This document shows, piece after piece, positions 46,948 to 60,456 of a DNA stretch of 64,000 nt. The translations under genes were made by a program, and so were the position numbers. Source of the stretch: Blastocystis sp. Blastoise (lineage: Eukaryota > Protista > Bigyra: Opalinata); NCBI GenBank assembly GCA_039096225.1, contig JBBPEB010000003.1:806001-870000 (forward strand). The letters run 5' to 3'. The notes under the pieces were generated by a model. It was not told where the DNA came from and searched no databases. It saw only the letters and a list, made by a program, of their open reading frames with translations. Numbering within the stretch: the first letter of the stretch is position 1; each line of letters begins with the position of its first letter.

Positions 46948-47538
46948 ATTATTATAATTATCAAATTATTTAGATTAATTATTTGCCTATTTTATTAGCT
47001 TTGTACGTTATCATTATCTAGATAATTTAATTAGATTTATTATTTTTATAAGATCTATACGTAGATTATCTTTATATCATTTATATTATATATTTTGTTT
47101 TTTATAATAAAAGAATATATCTGTATATATATATTTATATATTTTTTTGTATTTTTTTCTTATTGGGTTATTAACATAATTATTTTTAGCTGATGTTACA
47201 TATTTTTATTGATATATTGTTAATTTATTATATATATAAATTTATTAGGGTTTTTTTAATATTTGGTGCTATTTTATGGGTGTTGTTTTTTTTTAATTTT
47301 ATATAATTAGAAAGAGAAATCAACTTTTTTTTTCTTGAGTAATAATCTCTAAAGTTTTAATTATTATGTATATATGCGAACACATGTTTTTATTATGTTG
47401 ATAATACTTTTGATTGAATATCTTTATATACAAAGTAATACTATATTAAAACTGAATGAATTATAATAATTTTTTTTTGTATATAACAAAATAATGAATA
47501 CCAATAAAATACTATATTTATATATATATATATATATA

Positions 47539-48330
47539 TTATAGTTTTTCTTTTGATTCAGAATTGCCTTTTGGCTTCGATTGAATAACATCCAATTGAA
47601 TAAGATTCTTTGATACAGGAGGAGCTATAATAATAATAAATATATATATTAATAAGTATAATAATAATAAACCTATATAAATAATAATAATAAACCTATA
47701 TAAATACCTTTATAATTTTTTGGCATATCTATATAAAATAATGATTATATATATATATATATATTATTTATATACGTTTCCAATTTTTCATTCTCCATAA
47801 ATCTTTTTTAACTTCTTCTTTTTTATGTTCAGTGATCTATATTTGTCTTTATAATAAAAAAAAATTTAATATATATATATATATTAATAAAAAAAACATA
47901 CTATTCTTTGTTTATAATTATCTTCAAGCTTGGCATTCTTGTGAACAAGTCTCCATCGATGTTCTTCACAAGAAGGTCAATTTATTAAGGAAAAAAAGAC
48001 AATTAACATAATATTCATATAGAAATAATGAATTTTAAATAGTCAAAAGGATATGACAATGACAATACTCTTGATATTCATGATTCACCTTAGCAGAATC
48101 ATCTTTCTCATCAAGATCATCAAATGAAGGTAACACAACGGTGTCTTCTTTTACTGTTTCTTTATTTTCTGTGTTATTTTCATCATTTGCTTCATCTTCA
48201 CAAGAATTTAAGGATTCTTCACTTTCACTAAAGAAATAATATCACACATTATTAAATAATTATCATACCTATTTGATGTTTCTTCACTTGACACACTGTC
48301 AGCATAACTAAACAAATTGATTTGAGACAT
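47539..48330 (-). CDS. Small hypothetical protein (acidic N-terminus, HxxxxxCHCxxC motif, basic C-terminus), 6 exons, absent from the ORF track
   Basis: MSQINLFSYADSVSSEETSNS ESEES...DSAKVNHEYQEYCHC|PSCEEHRWRLVHKNAKLEDNYKQRI ITEHKKEEVKKDLWRMKNWK H MPKNYK APPVSKN...SKEKL*. All exon phases are consistent when the AT-AC intron is used. Confidence 0.75.
47976..48054 (-). other. Canonical AT-AC U12-type intron
   Basis: Minus strand reads ATATCCTTTT...TTTTCCTTAATAAATTGAC: consensus U12 5' splice site, consensus-like branch site and AC terminus; 79 nt. Confidence 0.92.
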
Positions 48331-48816
48331 TTCAAAAATATATATATTTAAAAAAACGAAAAATAGAATTTTTATTATTCTTTTTATTTTAAACTAAGGT
48401 TTCTTTTATAAATATTGGTTTAAATATTTTTGTTGAATGTCATCATAGGTCATAAAGTTATCATCGATGTACTATTCAAAATAATTAACATATTAAATAA
48501 TTAGGTCAAATAATTGACAATATTCTTTTGAATAAACGTAATATTTGTTGTCTATATATTATATTCGACCGATTATACGATAATTTTTCTCAAATTAATT
48601 AAAAAGAAATGGTATTAATTAGTAAACTTTGTATTAATTGATTTATAAATAAAATATAAATAGAGAATATCATTATTACGATCGATAATAGCAAGAAATA
48701 CATTGAATAATAAAATTATAGTAGAAAGAAATGTAAAAATAAAGAAAGAGAATCAATTTTTAGATTTGATAAATAAGAATACAAAAATCAAAAGTGTTTA
48801 CATATTTAAATTATAG

Positions 48817-50668
48817 TTATTGAATTATTTCTAGAGTACCTTGAGTTCCATCTAATCTAACTTTCATTCCTGTAGTAACTTTATTTAATAGTCCATGTAT
48901 ATTAACAACACAAGGAATACCCATTTCTCTAGCTACAATAGAACCATGAGTAAGAGGACCACCTATAGAAATAGCAACACCAGAAACATTAAGAAATAAA
49001 GGAGTCCAACCAGGATCTGTAGCAGGAGCAATAAGAATGTCACCTGCTTCAAGAACACAATGATGAGGGTCTGTAACGACAACAGCTTTTCCTTCTACTA
49101 TTCCTGATGACGTTGGAATGCCTAGTAATATATTACTAGGTAATGATAATAGCTTTTGTTTGGATACATTTGATTGGCTAATAAATGCTGAATATGGACT
49201 TAAAATGCAACGAGGAGGTGTGATTGTTTTGGATACTAAATAAGATTGTTTACGTTTTTGAATTAAAGGTATATATGTAGAGAAAGAAGAAGAATTCTTT
49301 TCAATTTCACATAACTCTGTTAGTGTTAAATAGAATATATCTTCTTTTTCTTGAAGTAGAGATTGTTGAATATATGATTTTGCTATTTTTAAAATAGCTT
49401 TTCTTTGAGCATCAACAATAGATATACATATATATTTATGATGTTCACGATAAGCATAAAGAAGTCTAGCTACAGGCAAATAATATTGAATACTAGAAAC
49501 AGCTTCAGGAGGAAGTCTTGAATATAACTATATTTATTAATTGTTATAGAAGAAGTAAAATAGTAATTATTATTTTAGTAGTAGTAGTAGTATTTTAATA
49601 ATAATAAATATAATAAATATAATAAATAAAATAATAATATATATATATATAAATCTTGTAAATGTTGTTCAGATTGTTGTTTTTTCTGTTCGGGTGATAA
49701 TAATGAATTAGAGTCCGTTTGAATAGAAAGAAGAAGAGATATAAATGTTGATGGAGTATCATCGTATCTAGGTGCTGCTATATCTAATTCATTATTACCT
49801 CTTCTACCAAATCGATCCATAAATTGAATCCAATAAGAATAAAATTCATTTATAGTTGTATTCGAAGAGGTAGAGAGTGAAGATATATATGTATATATAT
49901 CATCTTCATCACCTTTATCAGCAAGGGACTAAAGAAAAATATATATATATTCATGTTATAAATATATTCACGAAATATAAAGATTATTGTTTATAAAACT
50001 AAATAATACACAAATTATATAATTAATATAAAACTACACATTAAACAAAAGCAATAGTGACTATATATATACTTTTAATTTAGGAATAAAATCAGAATTA
50101 AATTTATTAATATTATTTATATATATAGCTAATCTTCCTATTTCATAATCCATATGAATTGATAAGTTTTCTAATTGTCCACTCATAATGACATCTAAAT
50201 TATAATTATGAATACTATTCGATTCTAATATTTTTTTAATTTTCTTTTCACAAAAAGAAGCTATAATAAAATAAGGTCTTGTAATCTTTAGCATTTCAGG
50301 AAATGTAATAGGATATTTATATAATTCATTTAAAGTAGTAGTAGTAGTAGTAGAAGAAGAAGAAGAAGAAGAAGAAATAGATTTAAAAGAATAAGGTTGA
50401 CGAAGAGGTTGTAATAATTTATTAATATCATTTATATATACATTTAGTTCTGACTGAATATCATTACAAATACGTGAAGGATTAAAGAATATAAAATAAT
50501 TATATATAATCTTATAGAGAACATAAGGTATAAAATGAGAATAACATTTTAACATAGGAAGAATAGACACAGAAGAAGAAAAAGACGAGTGACTAAAATC
50601 ATTTATATACCATTCTTGCATAATCTATATATATATAGATAGATAGATATTATCAATATATAATAATG

Positions 50669-50732
<64 letters not shown>

Positions 50733-52277
50733 TATATATAGTTATATATATATATATATATACAGAATCCATTTCTTGATCTACATTCTTAAACATATTA
50801 AAAAATAATTTTCGAGTAATAGATAATTTCATCATAGGTGCTATATCCATATACATATAATTATTAATATTCAATATATAAGTATGACTGTCCATGAGTA
50901 AATGGTTAATAGTAGAGAAACCACAAGGAGTAAAGGGTAATAATGACATTTGAATATGATGTATGCTAATACAACAACGATAAGTAGGAATAAAAGAAGA
51001 AGATAATGGATTTATTACTATAAGATATATATAATATAATAGTAATATTAATAATTATATAATTAATAATAGTATAAATAATAATAATAAATATATATAA
51101 TAATAATAATAATAATATATATACATATCATGAAAACACCTATATATATATATACCATCCGGAATATCAAATAATGTAGTTATTGGTCTTGCTTGTAATA
51201 TATATATAATATTATTATATATAGCAAATTCAATATCCATTGGTTTCTTATAATAATTCTCTATTTTTAAACCAATAGTACATATAGAGTAAATCTATAT
51301 ATATATAGAAAATAAACCATATATATATAATTATAAAAAGCTATATATAACTATCAGCAATAATATAAATATATTCAAACACAAATATATATATATATAC
51401 TTGTTGATTACTAAAGCAAGCATTCATTCCATCTTTTCCTAAATATTGCCTTTCTATTCCACCATCTTCTTTAGTATATAGCCCATATTCTTGAGTTCCT
51501 ATATGTTTTTCAACAATTTTTAATTCATTTATTCCATTTTCTTTTGGGAAATGTTTTCTTATAGTCCAATGATCTGTTTCTACTTGACCACTTACTAATG
51601 CTTCACCTTGTCCAAAAACACCATCTAAAGACATATGTTCTCGAGAACTTGTTGATGGATCACAAGTAAATAAAACACCTGATTGATCTGATGGAATCAT
51701 TTCTTGTATAATAACAGCTAATGATATATTAGTTATTAATTCATAATGATTTTCATATCGATACATTAAGGCACGAGGAGAATATAAAGAAACATAACAT
51801 TTTAAAATAGCTTGTGAAACTGATTCTATTGTAGTAGGAATATTAAGTAAAGTTTCATACATTCCTGCAAATGAATTATTCTCTAGATCTTCAGAAGGTG
51901 ATGAAGAACGTACAGAAACAAAATGACATTCCTTTAATTTAGAAAGAGATGCAGATAATGATGACAAAAAGGAGTCACCTAATTGTTCACAAAGAATTGA
52001 CTTTGTTATGGTATCACTCAGTTTTTGAGCATCCTCAAACTTCATATCAACGTTAAAACTCAAATCTAATTCGTGTTTAGCGAAAAATGAAGATATAAAA
52101 CCATCAAATGTTGTCGTTGGAATAATAAATGCCTTTGGAACAGGAATATCAGCTGAAACCAACTTTATTAGAGACGATCCCTTTCCTCCATATAACAAAA
52201 TAGATGGATCTTCCAATATGTCATTAATCTAGATGATAATAGTCATTATTTTTAGAATATACAAATGGAAACATCAT
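48817..52277 (-). CDS. Rifampin phosphotransferase (RPH)-like PEP-utilising family enzyme (ATP-grasp / substrate-binding / swivel phospho-His), ~924 aa, 7 exons
   Basis: Motifs GGKGSSL, VSVRSSSPSEDLENNSFAGMYET, AVIIQEMI, GVLFT.DP, GQGEALVSG and DIEFA...ILQARPITT. The middle region has FMDRFGRRGNNELDIAAPRY and AYREHHKY; the C-terminus has TDPGWTPLF..GGPLTHGSIVAREMGIPCVV. Introns at 52229-52262, 51295-51400, 51018-51155, 50625-50763, 49929-50072 and about 49528-49652. Exons sum to 2775 nt. Confidence 0.85.
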
Positions 52278-53110
52278 TAATATTATATGTCAATATTAAA
52301 TTGATTATCAAGTAATTCATAAATTAATTTATTATACAGATAACTTAAATAATAAATAAAAAATCTTCTAGTTTAACTTCTGTTCTTATTATTCCAGCTC
52401 AAGATCTACTTTTTAAACATAAAATCAGTTGAATCAAAGGATTATAATGTATTTTATTCTGTTAACATACCAATTTGTAGATTAAAACTATTTTTTTTTA
52501 AATGGTGAAATTTTAATGAAATAGTTGATTTATTGTATTTAAATTTAAATATTTGTATATAATATATAAAAATATTTTCCAATTTGGTGTTCTAATCTGC
52601 AAAAATCATACATTTTATATAAAAACAAAAAAAGGATGTAGTTTTATTCTTGTTAGAATATAGTTTATTGTTATGTACAAGTTATGGATATAATTTCTAT
52701 GTGTTTTTCATTGTGATTTAACTAAAGATGTAGTGGAACACAATTCATTTTGCTTTATTTCTGTGTGAATAATATAAATATTTATTTTTTGACTTTTAGA
52801 GTATAGTTCGGTAATATTATTTATTTTAATAACTAGCTATAAATGTCATCATTCACTTATAAACGCTGTTTTTTTATATAAGCTTTATTTTTTAAATTGT
52901 TGAATTTTCATTAATTAAGCATTTCATTGCATATACTTTTAATACTAACTTTATATTTAAAATATTAAAAAATGAATGAAAAGTTGTAGTTAAAAAAATT
53001 AGAATAGATATTGTTTTCTCCGTAATCAATCATGATATTCCATGGGAATCCAAGATTTATTAATACTTTTTTTTTATTATTATTTTTACATATACATATA
53101 CAAAATCAAA

Positions 53111-54749
53111 ATGGATACATTTCCTGATTCTTTTGAGATGCCTCCTAGAGTTCAGAAAAGAGCATTTCCTGCTGCTTTCTTAGAAACGTATATTTTATTT
53201 CTTGACATTGTTATTTTATGCTTTATTGTGTTTAGACTTAAGTGTGAGATACAACCTATACATCCTAAGTCCTGGGAAGGATTATTTGATTCATGTAAAG
53301 ACATTACACTTCCTCAAGGAGTATATTCTAGAGATTTTAATATTTACAGAATCTATATATAGACATTTCGAGTTTATTTTGCTGGAAATCGTGGTCCTCG
53401 TGTTTTATGTTTACATGGATGTGGACTCTCAGCCTTATCTTTTGCTGCATTCGCTGTATATTATATATATATATATATATATTTAATTTTCTATATAATC
53501 ATAATACATATTAAATAAATAGAACGAATGTAAGAATTTCTGTCAGATCATAGCGCCTGATTTCCGTGGACATGGTATGTTTTGTTAGTGAGTAATCGTT
53601 TTTATATTGTTTTTATCTATAGGGAATTCACATTCCACTAATGATATTGATTTTTCTCTTAAAACATTATCAAATGATACAAAAGATATTGTTGAGAATA
53701 TTATTGGAGATGATCTAGAAACACCTCTAGTTGTTTTAGGTCATAGGTATATATGTGCTTTTTTTTTAATTTTTTCTTCTTATATTTTTGAATTTATTTT
53801 TTTTTAAACCTATGATTATTTTTGATAATTATTTAAATTAAATAATTAATTATGATTATATATAGTATGGGAGGTGCTATAGCTTGTGAGTATTGTCATA
53901 TAGAGACTAAATACCCTATAAAAGGTTTATTAGTATTAGATGTAGTTGAACAGACAGCTATAGATGCATTATCACATATGAATATGGTTATTATGAGGAA
54001 ACCAAAAACATTCTCTTCTTTAGAATCTGCTATTGCATGGAGGCATCTATTTATTATATTTATTTATTTATTATATTTATTATATTTATTATATTTATTA
54101 TATTTATTATATTTATTATATTTATTATATTTATTATATTTATTATTATTATTTTATTTTTTATTGTTATGTTTTAATTAAAATTATATATATATATATA
54201 GTTTTAATTCTGGTACATTACAGAACCGTGATTCTGCGTGTATAAGTATCCCCGATCAATTGAAACAAGAAGGAGACCATTATGTATGGAAAGTCGATTT
54301 AACAAAAAGTGAACCTTATTGGAAAGGTATATATATATATATATATATTTATCATTTATATTTATCATTTTTTTTTTATTATTTATTATTATTATTATAA
54401 CTTTTATATTTATATTATATTTATCATTTATATTTATAATTTATTATTATTATAACTGTTATATTCATATATATATTTATCACTTATATTTATTATAACT
54501 TTTATATTCATATATATATTTATCACTTATATTTATTATAACTTTTATATTCATATATATATATACTATATGTTCATTCTGTATATGATTATATAAGAAA
54601 AGAATTTATTTATATATATATATATATATAGATTGGTATACAGGTATGAATAAGAAGTTTTTAAGTGCTCCAGGCTATAAATTATTAGCTGTAGCAGGAA
54701 GAGATCGACTTGATAAAGAATTAACTATAGCCCAAATGCAAGGCATATA

Positions 54750-54796
<47 letters not shown>

Positions 54797-55235
54797 TTAT
54801 ATTTATAATGATACTATTTTGAATAATAATTACAAGAATATTTTATTATTATTGTTATTATTATCATTATTATTATATTTATATATGATACTATATTGAA
54901 TTATAATAATAATCTATTATCATTATTATTATATTTATATATGATACTATATTGAATTATAATAATAATATATTATATATATAGGTAAATTTCAGATGGT
55001 TGTTTTGAATGGATTAGGTCATCATCTTCATGAAGATAATCCTAGAGAAGTATATATATATACTATATATATATATATATATATACTATCTAAAATATAT
55101 AAATAATATATATACTATATTCTATAGATGTCTCATGTATTACAGCGATATTTATGGAGATATAAATTTATTTCTGAAGAATTAGAAAAGGAATTAGTTA
55201 AAGAAAAATTATTAAATGAATATTATAATTTATAA
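53111..55235 (+). CDS. PPME1: Protein phosphatase 2A methylesterase 1 (alpha/beta hydrolase), multi-exon
   Basis: LCLHGCGLSALSF, APDFRGHG, VLGHSMGGAIA, LDVVEQTAIDAL, AGRDRLDKELTIAQMQGKFQ and GHHLHED. Two GC-AG introns (54043-54201 and 54743-54984) are required. Confidence 0.95.
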
Positions 55236-55916
55236 TTTTACTCTATATATAAATATATACTTATAAAATTGCCTCTCTTTTCATTTCACTTTTTTTTAAT
55301 ATATATATATTTTTTTGTGTTTTCTATGTTATTTTTATATATTGTTTATAATTTTTATTTCCATACAACACAACTATATTCATTGTATATTTAAAAAGTC
55401 TGTTATCACAAATTAATATTTTTGTTTCATTATACTTGTGTTTTATCAAAAAAATAATAATAATTTAAGGAATATTTTTATTATACGCTTTCAGTAATGA
55501 TCAGAGAGTTTAAAAAAAATAAAAAGAGTGAATGATAGTCTGAGAGAATGAACTGTAAAAAATATATATAACGTTCCTTATGTTTTTTTCATATCATATA
55601 CATCTATATAACTAGTTATATTCATTAGTTATCCATAATACAGAAGAAATACCTATAACAAAGAAAAGCCAATAAAATCTCAAGTTTTGATCAATCTCAA
55701 TTCCCGTGATTATTTCATATTTCTGGCAGAGATATTGGGAATCGTTCAAAAGTCGGTTTTTTTTTATTGGGTAGTTCTTTTGTTACAATATTATTAACAG
55801 CTTCTTTTTAGCCATTTATTTAATCCATATTATCTATTTAACGAGATCGTATCAAAGATGTATATATAGATTGAATAATTGTTTTTAATAGTTTGACTAT
55901 ATGATTCTTTTTGTAG

Positions 55917-57603
55917 ATGGAAAAGCATACTACAAGTTATACAGCTAGACGTGTTGTTGGTAATGGTTCTTTTGGAGTAGTCTATCAAGCTGTTGTTGCC
56001 GATACAAACGAGATTGTTGCTATTAAGAAAGTTTTACAGGATAAACGTTTCAAAAATCGTGAGTTATATATTTTAAAGAAAATGGATCATCCTAACGTTG
56101 TAAGACTTCTTAATTCTTTCTATTCTGATAAACAAAATGTATTTTATATTTATTATAATTTTAAATAGTTTATCTATTAGTTTATTATAAATATATGTTA
56201 TTTTATTCTAAATATATGTTATTTTATTATAAATATTTTTTATTTTATTCTAAATATATGTTATTTTATTATAAATAAATGTTATTTTATTCTAAATATA
56301 TGTTATTTTATTATAAATAAATGTTATTTTATTCTAAATATATGTTATTTTATTCTAAATATATGTTATTTTATTATAAATAAATGTTATTTTATTCTAA
56401 ATATATTTGTAGGGTGAATTATATTTGAATCTTGTGATGGATTATATTCCAGATACTTTATATCGTTGTTCTCGTCGATATATTAAAGTGAATACATTGA
56501 TGCCTATGATTTATGTTAAAGTATTTTTAATGCTTATTATTTATTTATTATATATTTATTATATATTTATTATTTATTTATTATTAATCAAATTATTATT
56601 AATATTATTATTAATCAAATTATTATTATTATTATTATTAACATATATATATATATATTATCTAACAATATTCTACTATATAGTTATATGCATATCAATT
56701 ATTTAAAGCGTTAAATTATGTTCATTCTTTAGGTTTTTGTCATCGTGATATAAAACCACAAAATTTACTTATACAGATAGAAACACATATATTAAAATTA
56801 TGTGATTTTGGTAGTGCTAAGAAATTAGTAAAAGGTGAACCTAATGTTAGTTATATATGTAGTCGATATTATCGTGCACCTGAATTAATTTTTGGATCTA
56901 CTGAATATACTGTAGCTATAGATATATGGAGTGCTGGTTGTGTATTAGCGGAGTTATTAATAGGTAAACCATTATTCCCAGGGGAAAGTAATGTGGACCA
57001 ATTAGTCGAAATTATTAAAGTATTAGGTACACCTACTAGTGAACAAATTAAAGAAATGAATCCATCCTATCAAAACTTCAGATTCCCTTCTATTATTACA
57101 AAACACTGGGAAGATGTATATATATATAGAGAGATACAAGTTTTATTATTATTATTATTTTTTGTTGTTTTGTTTTTTGAGAAATATGTTAATTTAATAT
57201 TGATTTTGTTTATACAATCTATTTGTTTTATTTATTTTACTTATTCTATATATATTTATTCTATAGGTATTATCTATTCGTCCTGACCCTCTCTGTATTG
57301 ATCTTATTAATAAAATATTAATATTTGAACCCACAAAGCGTCTTACAGGTATAGTATTATTATTATGTTTATTATTATTATTATTATTATGTTTATTATT
57401 ATTATGTTTATTATTATACTTATTATTATTATATATATATAGCCTTAGAAGTCATGGCTCACCCCTTCTTCGATGATCTCCGCGCGGGATGCCTTCTTCC
57501 TGGAGGAACTCCTCTTCCTGATACACTATTTGATTTCACAGATACAGAACTTGCTTCGAATCCTTCTCTATTAGACAAATTATTACCTAAAAAACAAGAA
57601 TAA
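55917..57603 (+). CDS. GSK3: Glycogen synthase kinase-3 / shaggy-like kinase
   Basis: [71 protein letters not shown] and [14 protein letters not shown]; stop at 57601-57603. Confidence 0.97.
56185..56405. repeat. ~21-bp AT minisatellite (AAATATATGTTATTTTATTCT-like) in GSK3 intron 1
   Basis: About 10 imperfect tandem copies visible. Confidence 0.85.
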
Positions 57604-58671
57604 TAATATTATATATCTATTTTCAACTACTCATTTTTTCTTCTATTTATTTTTTTTTTTTTTTTGTTTTTTTAAATTATTTTCAATTTAAATATTCCCC
57701 AAAAATTCTTCTTTTTCTATAAATATATGTATCTTTTTTTAAACCTATTTTTATTGTGTATATATGATATTTTAAACTATATTATTTTCATTAGAATATA
57801 TTTATTTCCTCTATATTTGTATATATATTTATTTTTAAAATTATCATTACAAAAAATTTATAACTATTTTTTTTTTAATTTCTATCTATATATATTTCTA
57901 AAATTCTATAGTATATATATATGTATATTTTTTAAAACAGTAACTATATATATATATATATATTTGATTTAGAATCATTATTTTATTTTATTACTCTTTC
58001 AAATTATATTCGTGAACTTGATATTTTTTTTTATATGTTTATTTTTTTTTATATATATAATTAAATTAATTGTTGTTTCTTCATTCCTCTGTTCATATCA
58101 TTTATAGCACTTTATATATCTTTTATATATGTATTATAACATGTATTCATTCTCTCTTTATTTGTATCCAATGTCATTTCTGTATATAGTTGTTTCAACT
58201 TTTCTATTCTTTTTATTTTTTATATTACATTTTTATGTGTAACGATTGTTTTTACGATTTGACTTTTGTTATTATTGATAGCACTAATATATCTCTTTTT
58301 TTTTTACAAAATTTCCAAAATCATCTTAGAAAAAAGCGAGATTCATATTTCAGATAATTTTTCTGTTATCCTATATCACATAAGATACTTTTATGAACGA
58401 AGAATTAAACTCAAGAAAAAGATGAAAGTATGTCAATAGTGAATTTGTTCACAAATCACTTGTTGATACAATGGTATCCATCGAGCATTTATGTTTAGAT
58501 GATAAATAAAAACAAATAAAGAATAATGATTGCTTTTTAAATGTGGAAGAAAAAGAAAGAGCCGTTTTTTCAAATTCTATTGTTTTACACATATTTAATA
58601 TGTTATGAAATTTTCATAATAGAATCTATGATATTTTTATATTATAGAATAATAGTAGTAACATATTTAAC

Positions 58672-59800
58672 ATGATGAATAGTCGTTTAGTTCACATCTC
58701 CAAAACACTTTCACTCATTCTTCGACATAAAGCTTCTGATTTTAATGTTTCTATACGAGACGATGGTTTTGTTAGAGTTTCGGATCTTCTTCATTTGCCA
58801 CTTTTCAAAGATGTGACACTTCAAGACATTATTGAAGTTGTTAATCAGAATGAAAAGAAACGATTCGAATTGAAAACTATAGATGGTCATTCTTATATAC
58901 GTGCTTGCCAAGGACATACAATATCAACCATAAAAGATGAAGAATTATTAGAATTAATTCAAGATTCAACACAATTACCCATGTGTATTCATGGGACATA
59001 TTATACAGCATGGAAATCAATTAAGTATATTCTTATAAACATTAAATAAGAATTTACATTGCTGTTAATAAATATATTTTTATTTAACTGTTAATAATTT
59101 ATATATATATATATATATATATTAAGAAAACAGGTTTAAATAGAATGAAACGAAATCATATTCATATGGCAATTGGACTACCAGAAGATCAACATGTATA
59201 TATATATATATATATTTAATAATAAAAACTCTTTATATATATATTAAATAATAAATACTCTTTATATATATATTAAATAATAAATACTCTTTATATATTA
59301 AATAATAAAACCTCTTATATATTAAATAATAAAAACTCTTTATATATATTAAATAATAAAAACTCTTATATATTAAATAAGAAAAAGTCTTTATATATAT
59401 ATTAAATAATAAAAAATACTCTTTATATATATATTAAATAAAAACTACTCTTTATATATCTATTAAATAAAAAATACTCTTATATATTAAATAATAAAAA
59501 CTACTCTTTATATATTAAATAATAAATACTCTTTATATATTAAATAATAAAAACTCTTATATATATATTAAATAATAAAAACTCTTTATATATATCTATA
59601 TATAGGTAATATCAGGTATTCGTAATAATTGTGAAGTATATATATATATAAATGTTCAAAAAGCAATGAAAGATGGTATTGAGTTTTATACAAGTAAAAA
59701 TAATGTTATTTTAAGTAGAGGGTATAATAATAACGGTATTATTCCTGTAAAATATTTTGAAAAAGTTATTTCTAAAAATGGACAATTATTATCTTATTAA
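58672..59800 (+). CDS. TPT1: tRNA 2'-phosphotransferase (Tpt1/KptA), 3 exons
   Basis: ISKTLSLILRH, NEKKRFEL, IRACQGHT, CIHGT, GLNRMKRNHIH, ISGIR and FYTSKNNVIL; stop at 59798-59800. Confidence 0.95.
59215..59595. repeat. AT-rich minisatellite (TATATTAAATAATAAAAACTCTT-like) filling TPT1 intron 2
   Basis: About 13 imperfect tandem copies. Confidence 0.85.
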
Positions 59801-60363
59801 TATATGTATATACTGTTTAGCGATTTTATATTTTTTTTAATTTAGTTTGTCAATATTTATTAGTGTGTACAAAGTCTATTATTATTAGTGAATTTATATA
59901 TATTACTTATTTTAAGTTCTATAAATATCTATATTCATCAAATAAAATAATAATTTTATTTAAAAAAAATAAATATTAAAGAAAAATATAATAATTGTAT
60001 TCAAAATAAATATATATATATTAATAATTAAAAAAAATTATACATAAAATCACTATATACATTTTGATAATTCATCTTTTTTCCATAAATTTATTTAAAA
60101 AAAAAAGTAAAAATACAAAAAAAAAGTTAGTTTTATTCTCATAAAAAATATTAAACAAAACATAATACAAAATGTTTATTAGATTTTTTTTCTATAATTG
60201 CTAAAATAAAAAATAACAACTATATATTTGTATAAAATGATAAATTAAAGAATAAAGATATATAATAGTATAAATGACGATTATAAACATGAATTTATTA
60301 GATTATTATTATGAATAATGATCCAAAATATTATGAATCATATCTTTCAAGATATATATAAAC

Positions 60364-60369
<6 letters not shown>

Positions 60370-60452
<83 letters not shown>
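60370..60452. repeat. (TA)n microsatellite, intergenic
   Basis: Directly visible. Confidence 0.95.

Positions 60453-60456
<4 letters not shown>

Noticed and set aside
48817-52277. PEP synthase / pyruvate phosphate dikinase, or bacterial contamination
   Set aside because: The His domain is C-terminal and there is no pyruvate-binding barrel. The gene has host-style introns and composition and is flanked by eukaryotic genes.
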